From: Salpingoeca rosetta
Taxonomy: Eukaryota; Protista; Choanoflagellata
Length of the DNA stretch: 64,000 nt
Assembly: GCA_033442325.1 (NCBI GenBank)
Contig: JAWQFM010000029.1
Coordinates: forward strand, 710,847 to 774,846
Reading direction: 5' to 3'
The notes under the pieces are model-generated. The model made no database searches, was not told the origin of the DNA, and saw only the letters and a list, made by a program, of their open reading frames with translations. The stretch's first letter is position 1; each line of letters starts with the position of its first letter. The position numbers were made by a program, and so were the translations under genes. This document shows positions 26,581 to 39,020 of this stretch, piece after piece.

Positions 26581-27151
26581 GAATGCCGTATTCGCAGGAG
26601 ATGAGGCGGCGCCAGGAGTTGTGAAGGAGGTCGTCCGTGATGGGATACCACAGCCCAAGATGCACGCGGAAGAAGGCGTGCGTCGACACACGCCGCGTCT
26701 TACCCCCAGCTGACGGCGGTGGCGGTGATGGTGGGAGTGAACATGGGAGTGAGTGATGATGTGGTGAATATGAGTTCAAGCAGGACGCGCGGCAGTGGCA
26801 GTGCAAACGGCTGAGGACACGTGTGAGCGTTTCCATCACACCCACATGGACATGCTCACACACACGTTCACACACGCGTGTACGATTGTTTGGGGCTCAA
26901 CGCACATGTGCTGGTGTACAGGCTGGAGATGTGTGTGCAGTAGTTCTTGGGGCATTCCTTGCACTTGCCGCGGCTAATCTCTGGGAAGAAGTGTTCCCTG
27001 AATAAAGATTACAAATAAGGCGCGCAATGAGTGCCTGATAAGTGGGGCGATGCCTTGCGTTGTACACATGACCGCACACAAACACACACACACAGACACG
27101 CACACACGCACACACGCACACGCACACACGCACACGCACACGCACACACAA

Positions 27152-27184
<33 letters not shown>

Positions 27185-27240
27185 CACACACAAACCAAAC
27201 ACGCACAAACCAAACACGCACAAACACACACAAACACACA

Positions 27241-27284
<44 letters not shown>

Positions 27285-27408
27285 GCATGGGGAACATGTC
27301 GAGTGCCTCTGGCCATGATGAAGCCTGCAGGGCCTTGAGACAGCGACGGTCGCGGCCAATAAACTCGGCAAGGTTGGACGGGTCAAACCCCGTGATAATC
27401 ACAGACAT
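15309..27408 (-). CDS. Paralog B: MH1-like Zn domain, poly-Q region, C4 Zn knuckle, Peptidase_G2-like domain, coiled coil and about 2 FGF/fascin-like beta-trefoils
   Basis: Exons 27408-27284, 26997-~26907, ~26710-26580 and ~26409-26265 give MSVIITG...KCKECPKNYCTH...RRVSTHAFF...SCEYGIR...ICINPHHY. A large Q-rich exon spans ~25275-23800. Later exons give WGHCPSC, CFQCNMPLPAPRPGADIAYLFPK, FEEGVVVGLF...CGVITRSA, VCMYG, LVGGPVKTGDLLYTG, a coiled coil and GQHYLCFDEDGNPRVSTTITPACIF. Likely stop at 15309. Confidence 0.78.
15825..15982. repeat. Tandem duplication of an 80-bp unit in an intron of paralog B
   Basis: aatcactgtgggtgtgcacacgacgcgacaatcaccgacacgc...aaaacatgaac occurs twice, with a partial third tail. 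Confidence 0.8.
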
Positions 27409-28332
27409 GGTGCCTGCCTGCCTGCCTGCTGCTCCTGCTGCTCCTGCTGTTCCTGCTGTTCCTGGTGCTCCTGTGGTTGTTGTTGCGAGTCTCGTTACCG
27501 TTTCGTTGCTTCAGCGCGTGCTTGACGCTTTTGACGTCTTGAGCACTCCTCTGAGACGGGCCACGCCAGAAGAAGTGACGTGTGACAGCCCCGCAAGAGT
27601 AAAGATGCTGTTTGGTCTGCACCCCCACAAAACCACACAGCAAACCACATCAAAGCACAAACCACATCAAAGCAAAGCACAGCAAACGCCCAGAATACGA
27701 CCGTGGGAACAACACGAACAACAGTCCAGTCCAGCCCAGTCCAGTTTAGTCGCACAGTGACCATGTGAGCAATCACGAAGATACGAAGAGAAAACAGAGA
27801 GGTTGGGGCAGGGAGCTATCCTTCCTGCTCCGCCCCAAAATAACACAACACTCATGAAGGCAGCGTCACAAGCACCACGATAACAGCAGCAGGCACGCCA
27901 CACCACAAGCACATGCCGCTCCAACCAACCAAGCAACCACCCATGCAACCAGCCAGCAGCCTCCACCACATCGTACACTTACGTGAGAAGAGGCGAATTG
28001 CTAAGTGGTGGAGTTCCCACAAGGCGAGAAGAGCAGATGTGCGCGTGCAAGCAAGAAGCACAAATCACACACACGCAAACGCTGATGGCGATGTTGATGG
28101 GGAGCGACAAAGGACCTCCCTTTTGTTCTTCGGCAACAAGCAACCAAAGAGCTCTTGTGCTTGCCGAACAAGTTTCATGAAAAGATGGAATGATTCGATG
28201 ACAATTTAGCGTACGTATTACGGTGCATGGAATCTTACCAAGAATATTTATTTACCAACTGGGCTGTCCTCTCACTCACGAACCAGCCACTCAATATCGC
28301 GTGCACCAACGCACACACACACAGGTGCACAG

Positions 28333-29662
28333 ATGCGTGGATCAACCTCAAGAGGCAGAGGAGGAAGGGGTGGCAGAGGAGGCAGAGGAGGCAGGGGAGG
28401 CAGGGGACGAGGAAGGGGCAGGGGAGGAAGGGGAGGAAGAGGGCATGGCATCAAGAGCGTTCACATTCAGCTGCCACGACACTTGTTCAATCTCATGGCA
28501 AGTGGGCAAATGAAACCAGTTGGCATCGAGGAGCTGGCAGCCGGAGGAGGGTCTCCGCACCGTGGCCGCGGTGGCGGTCGTGGTGGCGGCGGCGCGCACG
28601 TGGCATCATCGGCGTTTGCGCCCAGTTGGCGAGGTGGGAGTCCTCGTGGCCGTGGGAGCAGCCGTGGTGGGTTTGGTGCGGCGCATGGCATGTTGATGGG
28701 AGACAGCCCAACACTTCCGCAACGGCACAGGCCAGGATCCACCTCCCCACGTGGCGGCGTGCCTTTCAATGCTGGATTGGGACCTTCAACCCAGAAGACA
28801 AACTGCCTGCACTTTGTTCGGTACAGACGCCAGAACAATGGCTTGCTTGTGGATTTGATTGGAACTGGATGGCTTGTGCGCTTGCAAGCAGCATGGATTG
28901 GTGTGGTGTAACAGCGGTTGTGATCCTCGTTGTGTATGCGTGTGTCATGCGCTTGGGTTGCTTTTCAATGCGTTGTTGCTGTCTCAAGCACCTCACACGC
29001 ACACACACACACACGCACACGCACTCGCCCCGTTGACACAAACTCTTCCGTGCAGGTTTGGGCAGTGTCGACGCGGCCCAACCTGTGCGTTTGCACACGA
29101 CCCTGCCAGCGTCGCTGTGTGCCCGCGCTATCTCACGTCCGCATGCTCTAATCCGTGCCCACGGCAGCACCAGGTGTGGTGGTGGTGGTGGTGGTGGTGG
29201 TTTGTGGAGGTGGTGCAGGTTGAGCTCGCGCAGTTACGAGTGTGCCTGAGTCTTTGTCCGTGTTTGTGCATCGAGTGCCCTCACGCTTTGCTTGAGCGGT
29301 CTCGTGGTCTAACCGTGTTGCATCTGGTGTCGCGTATGTACTGATGAACAGGCTATTGGGAGCATGGTGCCGGACTGTGTCTTCTTTTCGCGCGGGAAAT
29401 GCGACCGTGACAACTGCCGCTACCGCCACGTGCGCCTTGACGAGGATGCCCTCGTCTGCGAAGTACGGGTTGCGCTGTGAATGGCGATACACATCACAGT
29501 TCATGCACCCATTGCACCCACCACATTCGCCCCCAGGACTAGCACTCTTTGACCGACGCTTGTGCACGGACACTGGGGCTCACATACACCCACATACACA
29601 CACACACACGCACACACACACACACACGCACACACACACACACGCACACACGCACACACACG

Positions 29663-29700
<38 letters not shown>

Positions 29701-30548
29701 CATACACACACTCTCTCTCACACACACTCACACACACACACACACTGCGACAGGATTTTGTGTTTGGCAAGTGCAAGGACGCCGCGTGTCCAAATATCCA
29801 CGAGTACATCTGTCCAGGCTATTTCGCTGGCGGCACGTGCACAAATGGAAGGTGATTCTGTCGTGACCTCTTGAACCTGCTGGGGGGATGGGGGCTATTG
29901 TGTTCGATGTCATCGTTTATTTTGACACTTACTTCACAACACATACATACATGTACACGCACACACGTGTACATATAAACACACATACACGCACACACAT
30001 ACGCACCCATCACGTCTCGCTTCGGCTCGACAATGACGACGATGACGACAATGCCAACGATAACAACAACCGAAACGCATTCGACAACACCAACTGCCAT
30101 GACTGCCACTGCTGCGCAACAGGAAATGCCCGCTTGATCACGTGCGCAAATGGGAGCGACAACGCCAGATGACACTGGCAAACCACCACACCGACCACCA
30201 CCACCACAAGATGCGGCCCCATGATGATGGTGATGGTGGCGAGCTTCAGCCGTTCACGATTGGCGTTGCTGACAGTAATGATGACAGCAGGAGCGCCTTT
30301 GTTGTGGGCGCAGGTGACAGTGGCATTGCAGGTGGAGGCAGTCGTGATGGTGGTGATGATGGTGGCAACAAGGGTGGCGATGACAACAATGGTGCTGGTG
30401 CTGGATCGAATGCCCAACAGCAACGGCAGCGGTGGTGGCAGCGTCTCACCTTTGATAATGACGACGACGATGATGGTGAGGGTGGTGATGGTAGTGACGA
30501 CGACGACGACGACGATGACGATGACGATGATGATGATGATGGTGATGG

Positions 30549-30580
<32 letters not shown>

Positions 30581-30739
30581 GTGATGATGGTGATGGTGAT
30601 GATGATGATGATGATGACACTGCTGCTGCGATTGCTGCGTATGAGAACGCCTTCTTTGTGGACACACACGGGAGCGGCGACATCAGCCAGTACGAGACGT
30701 CATCATCGGATGGGGACGACAACGAAGACAGCGGTGCGT

Positions 30740-30774
<35 letters not shown>

Positions 30775-30968
30775 ATCATCCATCCGTCTACACAGTGTGG
30801 TGTTGTCTTGTGTATGGTTGTCGTGCATGTTGCCTTGATGTGTGTGTGTGTGTATGTTGTTGCAGAAAAGTTTATGAACACTCGCCCCTCATTGATTTGT
30901 GCGGTTTGCGTGTCACAGACTCGTATGATGAAGACAACACAAGCGGCGATGACGACGACGACGACGAC

Positions 30969-31026
<58 letters not shown>

Positions 31027-31533
31027 GTGAAGCTGACAGCATGACAGAGGCGGGGTCAGCACACATCACAGTGAAGAAGGAAGAAGAGGACGTGCAAGAA
31101 GAGACGGGAGCAGGGATGGATAAAAATGCTACACAACGGCATCAGGACATGCCAATACGAGACGACCTCAAACATCACACCGCCAACACCCATCACAACA
31201 ACAGCAGCAGCAGTGCTGATGTTGCAGTGGTGAAGAATGAGATCAAGGAGGAGGAAGTGGTGGACGGGGGCACGGGCGGCCACATGGACGCGAGTGGTGA
31301 TGCTGCGTGGAGCAGCAAAAGTGCGAGGGCGGAGGGAAAAGAAGAGGGGGCGCATGTGTTGGAATCGGTGGAAGCAACAGGGAGCAGGGTGGTGGGTGGA
31401 AGGCACGAGGAGAGGTGGGCAGGCGAAAGTGACGGTGCAGGCCATGGTGAGGCAGGAACGAGGCATGACGCAACACACCATCAAGAACATCAAGGGCACC
31501 GCCACAACTCTACACAGCAGCACCACCACCACC

Positions 31534-31603
<70 letters not shown>

Positions 31604-31857
31604 GCAACAACAACAACAACAACAACAACAACAGCAACAGCAGCAGCAAGAGAACGATGGAGTGGTCAACGAGGAAAGTGACCCGCAGGCGACGAAGAAG
31701 AGGAGGAGGAGGAGGAGGAGGAGAAAACGAAGGCGACCGGCACAGCGGCGGGCGGAAAAGCGAATGAAGCAGGAACAGGAGGAGCAAGAACCGCTGGCGA
31801 GGGGGACGCCTGTGCAGCAAGGGCAGCACCAACAACAACAACAACAACAACAACACC

Positions 31858-31906
<49 letters not shown>

Positions 31907-31994
31907 CTGCCGGCCAGTTGCGCAGTGCTGCAGAGAGATGCACAGAGAGATGCGATTGAGAGAGAAAACGACGCGCCAAGCCCAGCACTACAGC
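28333..31994 (+). CDS. ZC3H3: ZC3H3-like tandem CCCH zinc-finger protein with RGG N-terminus and acidic/poly-Q C-terminus; runs into an N gap
   Basis: Spliced: CLHFVR|[39 protein letters not shown]|..[25 protein letters not shown]|[32 protein letters not shown]|KCPLDH. Five CCCH fingers with the ZC3H3-type HDPxxVAVCxxFL linker. Confidence 0.75.
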
Positions 31995-32666
31995 NNNNNN
32001 NNNNNNNNNNNNNNNNNNNNNNNNNNNNNNNNNNNNNNNNNNNNNNNNNNNNNNNNNNNNNNNNNNNNNNNNNNNNNNNNNNNNNNNNNNNNNNNNNNNN
32101 NNNNNNNNNNNNNNNNNNNNNNNNNNNNNNNNNNNNNNNNNNNNNNNNNNNNNNNNNNNNNNNNNNNNNNNNNNNNNNNNNNNNNNNNNNNNNNNNNNNN
32201 NNNNNNNNNNNNNNNNNNNNNNNNNNNNNNNNNNNNNNNNNNNNNNNNNNNNNNNNNNNNNNNNNNNNNNNNNNNNNNNNNNNNNNNNNNNNNNNNNNNN
32301 NNNNNNNNNNNNNNNNNNNNNNNNNNNNNNNNNNNNNNNNNNNNNNNNNNNNNNNNNNNNNNNNNNNNNNNNNNNNNNNNNNNNNNNNNNNNNNNNNNNN
32401 NNNNNNNNNNNNNNNNNNNNNNNNNNNNNNNNNNNNNNNNNNNNNNNNNNNNNNNNNNNNNNNNNNNNNNNNNNNNNNNNNNNNNNNNNNNNNNNNNNNN
32501 NNNNNNNNNNNNNNNNNNNNNNNNNNNNNNNNNNNNNNNNNNNNNNNNNNNNNNNNNNNNNNNNNNNNNNNNNNNNNNNNNNNNNNNNNNNNNNNNNNNN
32601 NNNNNNNNNNNNNNNNNNNNNNNNNNNNNNNNNNNNNNNNNNNNNNNNNNNNNNNNNNNNNNNNNN

Positions 32667-32734
<68 letters not shown>

Positions 32735-33084
32735 TCCTCCATTTGGCCCACTGTCCCGCAATTTGCCTGTCTGCCTGCATGCCTCTACATGCACTGTATG
32801 TGTCCCTGTTTGACTGCCTGAACGACGATAAAGTGCAGTTTAATTGCCCGTCAGCAGAGCTCCCCCCAATCAATAAACGAGATGAAATGATGCACACATA
32901 CATAGTGTGGCGCTGGATACAGTGCACAGTGGGGAGGAGGAGTGGGGAGATGTGTAATGTAAGGCGCTCCGCTTCGCACGCCAAGAACCACAACCACACA
33001 CACAACGGCACCAGCCACAATTTATTTTACCCACAGTTCGAGAGTGGGAATTTCAATTTTGCCAACTCCACGACCTGGTTGTTG

Positions 33085-33095
33085 GTTGCCAAGAC
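33085..33095 (+). promoter_or_regulatory. Putative RFX X-box (GTTGCCAAGAC) about 135 bp upstream of the SPEF2 ATG
   Basis: GTTGCCA half-site upstream of a ciliary central-pair gene. RFX/X-box control of ciliary genes is established. Confidence 0.5.
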
Positions 33096-33224
33096 GTTGG
33101 AGCTGTGGCAGACACAAGCGCCCACAAGCACAAGCACCCACCACATACACACAAGACACGAGTAGTGCTGCTGCTGGCTGGTGTCACGCAAGCGCAGTCG
33201 CGAGCCACACACCGCACCGCCGCC

Positions 33225-33435
33225 ATGACATCCATTCTGTGTCAGTGGCTGAACGAGGATGTCCACCTTTCCTCCACAATCGGTGGGAATCATGGAATGC
33301 TGTGGGTGGTGCGGGCGGGAGGGGTGTTACTTGAACGACATGAGCAGCACAAAAGCAGAGACATATCCACGCACCCCAACACATCAAGTACACACACACA
33401 CACGCACACACACACACACACGCACACACACACAC

Positions 33436-33483
<48 letters not shown>

Positions 33484-33754
33484 TTGACGCTCCATTTGCG
33501 CGATTCACATCCTCGTACGTTGCTGTGCACTTGTTGTTGGGTACAGACGCTGACCGCTTCGCAGAGCAGTTCTCAAATGGCTACCTGTTTGCAGAGTTGT
33601 TGACCAAGCACAACCTACCATGTGACGTGCGCACCTTCTCCAAGTCAAAGTACGCAACGAGCGCTTGCCATGTCGTGCACTTGTATGTGTTGTGTGTGTG
33701 TGTGTGTCTGTGTGTCTGTGTGTCTGTGGGTGTGTGTGGGTGCGTGTGCGTGTG

Positions 33755-33809
<55 letters not shown>

Positions 33810-34444
33810 GGTCTGTGGGTGTGTTGTGAGCTTTGTGTATGTTGTGTCTGTGTGCCTATGTCTCTTTTTTGTGAGTTGTACGGTCTCGTCCAATTGCGTG
33901 ATGTTACTTTCATACACTGCGCATATTCTCATTCCCTGGCCCAACACTTTGGTCGATGCAGGTCTGCAGAGGCCAAGCTCAACAACTTCTTGAAGCTGGA
34001 GCCAAGCTTTCGCGCCCTTCGCATCCCCTTTGACGCCAACATGGTGCGAGCGACCGTCTCACTTGCTCTGCTGTAATTATTTCGATCTCTGTCCACAACG
34101 CAGTTCCTTTTCGAGCGACAATGAGCACACGCATGAACGCAGTCAGAACCACACGCGTGCGCACACGAGCGCACGCGGACACTCAGTTGCTCTCTTTCTC
34201 TTCCCTTCCTCTGCTTCCCTTCTTCTCTTCGAATGAATCCACATGAATAACCACACTGACCTTTGTGTGCTAACACCTTCACATCCACCTCATTCACACA
34301 CAAACACACACACACACACTCACACACACTCACACACGCACACACACCAGGCGCGGGACATCATGGAGGGCAAGCATGGCGTGGCCAGTCGCCTCGCGTA
34401 TCAGCTCTTTGTTCAACTCAGCCAGTTCAAGTCGGGGGTGAGTG

Positions 34445-34481
<37 letters not shown>

Positions 34482-36526
34482 TGTGTGTGTGTCTGTGTGT
34501 GTGTGTCTGTGTGTGTGCGTGCGTGTGTGTGTGCGTGCGTGTGTGCGTGCGTGCGTGTGCATGCACGTGCATGCGTGTGGATGTGAGCCATTCCGCCATT
34601 TAAGTGCAGTGTGTACATGCATGATCACCTCTGTGCAACTCACGCGCACAAACACGTACAACCACACTCCCACATACCCCCTTCCCCGTTCAAGGACTTC
34701 ACGTGGAGCGAGAAGTTGCGGGCGGCGGGAACACAGCCGGAGCCGCACTTTGCATCTACGCTGCGGCAGTCGACGAAGCGGCAGATTGACCTCGATCACA
34801 TGAGCATTGAGGAGAGATTCAAGGACAGGCAGCGCCAGCAGGAGGAGAAGGCGTTGCGTGCACAGCGCGCAGCGGAGCAGCAGGCACTCGCCATCCGCAA
34901 GCAGAAGCACGCCGCCACACTTGAACGGTGTGGCTGAATGTGCTGTGCTGTGCGTATGTGTGTGTGTTTTGTGTTGTGCGTGCGTGTGTGTGTATGTGTG
35001 AATGTGTGCGTGTGTGTGTATGTGTGTGTGTGTGTGTGTTTTGTGTTTGTTGTGTGGTGTGTTGCGTGCTGTTTGTGTTGTGTTTGTCTGTACTCAGATG
35101 CATCTCCGTGTGTAAGGCCTTGCATATCCCACCATCACCATACGCTATTCTCCTCATCGCCGCCACCACCACCAATATCCCATGCCCCCAGGTCGCGGGA
35201 GATCAAGCGACAGTATGATGAGCGGGTGAAGCAGTTTGCCGGCCCCACGAAATCCCGCATCACCCAGCAGCGCAAGGGCCCGCCCGTCGCCACACTCAGC
35301 AAGGTCCACAGCCGTGTTTGTTTGTTTGTCCGGTTGTGTGTTTGTTTGTTTGTTTGTTTGTTTGTTTGTTTGTTTGTTTGTTTGCTTGTTTGTTTATTTG
35401 CTTGTTTGTTTATTTGCTTGTTTGTTTATTTGCTTGTTTGTTTGTTTGTAGTTGTGTATCTGTCTGTCTGTTGTGTTTGTCATGTGCATTGCCACACGCC
35501 TGTGAATGTATTGCACTTCTCTCCTTCTGCCCCTCACACGTGCTCCCTTCGACCCCTCCCCACCCCCCAAACAATACCCCCCACCCACCACACACACACA
35601 CACACAATCACACCCTCGCACTGCTGCCCTTCAACCACACACGATCACTCACACCCCCCTGCGCAGTCGATGCGGCAGGCGCACCTTGCCAACAAGGAGG
35701 CAGTGCGCCAGCAGCACCAGGACATGGTTGACCTCACGCTCTTTGAAACGCGCCACGGCCTTCATGATGGCGACAGTGGCGATGGCACCGGTGCGGACGA
35801 CACCACCATCGGTGTCCCGCCCACCGCCGCAGATGCACATGGTGGGCATGTGTCGTCGTCGTCGCGAGCAGGGACAGGCCGTGGCAACAGGGGCACCACC
35901 ACACCTCGCACCTCTGGTGGCAAGACACCAACCTCTAACACCAGCAACACCAGCAGCAGTCACCCGCGTCCGCCCAGTCGTCCGCGCACAGGGAGCGCTC
36001 GCCCGCGTGTTGCCTCTGCCCGCCGCAACCGGTCTGTGACAGACGACGACGACGACACTGCTGCTGCTTCTGCTGCAACAGGCGCGACAGAGACGGGCAG
36101 TGAAGGCGCAGGGCATGACGACAGCGTTGCGCCGCTTGCATCAGTGACATCATCCACGCGCGTGCATGACGCAATCGCGCGGCAGCCAAGACCCGTCACG
36201 TCTGCATCCACAATGAAGCTGTTTGACAACGACTTTGTCAACGCCGTTCGCTCCCGCAAGCGCGAGGAAGAGGCCGCACGTGAGTGTTTGGTTTGGAATT
36301 GGGCGGTGGGGCTAGAGACGGGGTGGATAGGTGCTGTTGGTTGGTTGATATGAGTAAGTGTTGGGTACTGCAGGATGGTTGGTTTGAGTTGTTGGTTGAT
36401 TGGTGGAAAGGGTGATTGGTTGAAGGTTTACATTGTGTTGGCAGCCGTGAGCGTTTTCTGGCGAAAATTGTCTCACCTCACCCACCCAACGCACCTCGAT
36501 TGACTTCAACCATGTGTGTGTGTGTG

Positions 36527-36569
<43 letters not shown>

Positions 36570-36740
36570 GTCCTCAGGAACGGATCGCGAGCGGCGCCGG
36601 AAGCGGATGCTGGTGGAACAGCTTGAACTGCAGAATGAAATCGTGAGATTCAATCGCATCGGATGCTGCCTTGCCCTGCACCCACACACACCCATACACA
36701 CACACACACACACACACCCATACACACACACACACACACG

Positions 36741-36829
<89 letters not shown>

Positions 36830-38941
36830 GCACGCACGCACATACAACTCGAAGTCACCATTCCTTTCGTCTCACAAAACCCCTCCCATGTCCCCTCCAC
36901 CATCGCCCTATCACCACTCTCTTCGTCACACTACCACCACCACCAATTCATCACCAACTCACCTCCCCCCCCCCCAACACCACCACATATGGCGGCCAGG
37001 CTGCGGAGATGGACCGGCGGATGGAGGAGATGCAGCGGCGGCGGCAGTCGAACCGCGACGACCGCATCGCCGCCCAGCTCACCAAACTCAAGGCTGAGAA
37101 GCTCCTCATGCGTGAGAACAGGATCCAGCGCCAGCGCGAGGCCCTCGAACGAAGGGAGAAGGACTTTGCAGCCGCGCTCGACAGAGAGGTGACGTGACAA
37201 ACATGCCGTGCCGGGAGGGGTGAGGTGGTGTACTGTCGGCGTCGTGCTCTGTGTGCATGTGTGTTTGTGTGTGTGTGTTTGTGTCTGTGTCTGTGTGTAT
37301 GTTTACTTGGTGGTATTACGTCTGCTTGCTTTGTCCAATTCTTGCTTCCGTCTCCTCTCACCCTCACCATGCCTTGCCCTGCATTGCCGCCACCACCGCC
37401 ACCATGGGCGCTATGCCACCAGGCCGAGTATGCACGCAAGTTGAAGGAGGATCACAGAGAGGAGCTGGAGCGAAAGGCGCAGAACCTCAAGACCCTCAAG
37501 GCGAAGAAGGCCGCTGCACAGGTTCGGGCTGCTGCCTCGTTGAGAGTCAGCGGAGAGGAAGAGGTTGCGTGTGGTGTGCATGTGGTGTGGCATCAGCACG
37601 TGTGCGTCTGTCACAAGCACGCATACACATGTTTACACACAGCCCCACACGCACACACTCGTAAACGTGAACCCACACTTGCGTACGCACTCACATGTAC
37701 ATTGACACACATTTTCACCCTCTCTACAGCGCGCCCAGACATCCAAGTTCTGCCGGGAGTCTGTGGAGGAGATTGTGTCGCTCGCGCTGAAGAAGATTGA
37801 GTATTCGCACCAGTACGGCGGCAAGGATGTGCCGATTGCCACGTGGCTCAACTGGAAACAGCTCTTCATCAAGGGGTTCCCGCTCGACGTGCGTTGGCAC
37901 ATGCTGTGTTGTATATTGTGGTGTGCGTGTGTTGAGTGTGCGTGTGTACATGTTATGTTTGCACTTGTTGTCTTCCTACGTACTCGTTTGCCCTCTGTCC
38001 CTGCCTTGAACATCTAACCGCCGTTACCACCGCCACCACCACTCGCCAGGTCGCCGAGGACAGCGATCACCATGCCCACGACCACTTGGACGACTGCGAG
38101 CTCTTCCACTACCTCGACCTCGAGGTGCGCACACATGCACACATGCACATGCACACACGCACACGTGCACACATGCACACATGCACACAACCAATCAATC
38201 AAACACACACACGCAACCATATGCACTTGCGCCTTCATCTCTCGTGCCCATGAACTCATGCATGTTCCTTGTGTGTATGTTTTGTATTGCAGGGCATTTG
38301 GGGAAGCGTTGCCAAGGAAGACGAGAAGGAACTGAAGTCCGAAGGCGACCCGAACGTGCCCAACCCCATCCTGCATCATGTTGTCACGACCCTTGTTGAC
38401 CGCACATACCCAAACCCGCAGCCATGGGAGCCAGCAGCCGTCCCTCACCACAAGCTCAGGTAGATGTGCATGTGTGCGTGTGTGTGTTTGTCTGTCCCTG
38501 TCGCGTTCTCTCTGTCTGCACTGTTTCTGTGTGTGTGTTTGTCTGTCCGTGTCGCGTTCTCTCTGTCTGCACTGTTTCTGTGTGTGTGTGTCTGTGTCTG
38601 TGTGTGTGTGTCTGTGTCTGGCGGAGTTGCTGATGGTTCCCATCTCTGCTTCCACATACAGGTGCATTGTGAGCTGCAAACCATCCAAGGAGGTTGAAGA
38701 CATGCTGCACTCCATTGCAAAGAAGCACAACGCCTCTGTTCTCGACGCACAACAGGTGCGCTTTCAAGCCAATTGTGTGTTTGTTTATTTGTTTGTTTGT
38801 TTGTTCGTCCGTGCGTTTGTTTGTTTGTTTGTTTGTTCGTTTTTGGGTCATCTTGTGAGCGTGTGACTTTCATGGCCTGCATGACTGCTCGAATCCCCCA
38901 CATACATATTCCTGATCGTCGCTTACCTCCCCTGCCTGTGT

Positions 38942-39020
<79 letters not shown>

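Noticed and set aside
5350-27408. Calling the paralogs true SMAD, NFI or MYRF orthologues
   Set aside because: No MH2 domain or SSXS tail, no NFI-specific motifs, and no Ndt80 domain, S74 Ser-Lys dyad motif or transmembrane helix were recognised; only domain-level resemblance is supported.
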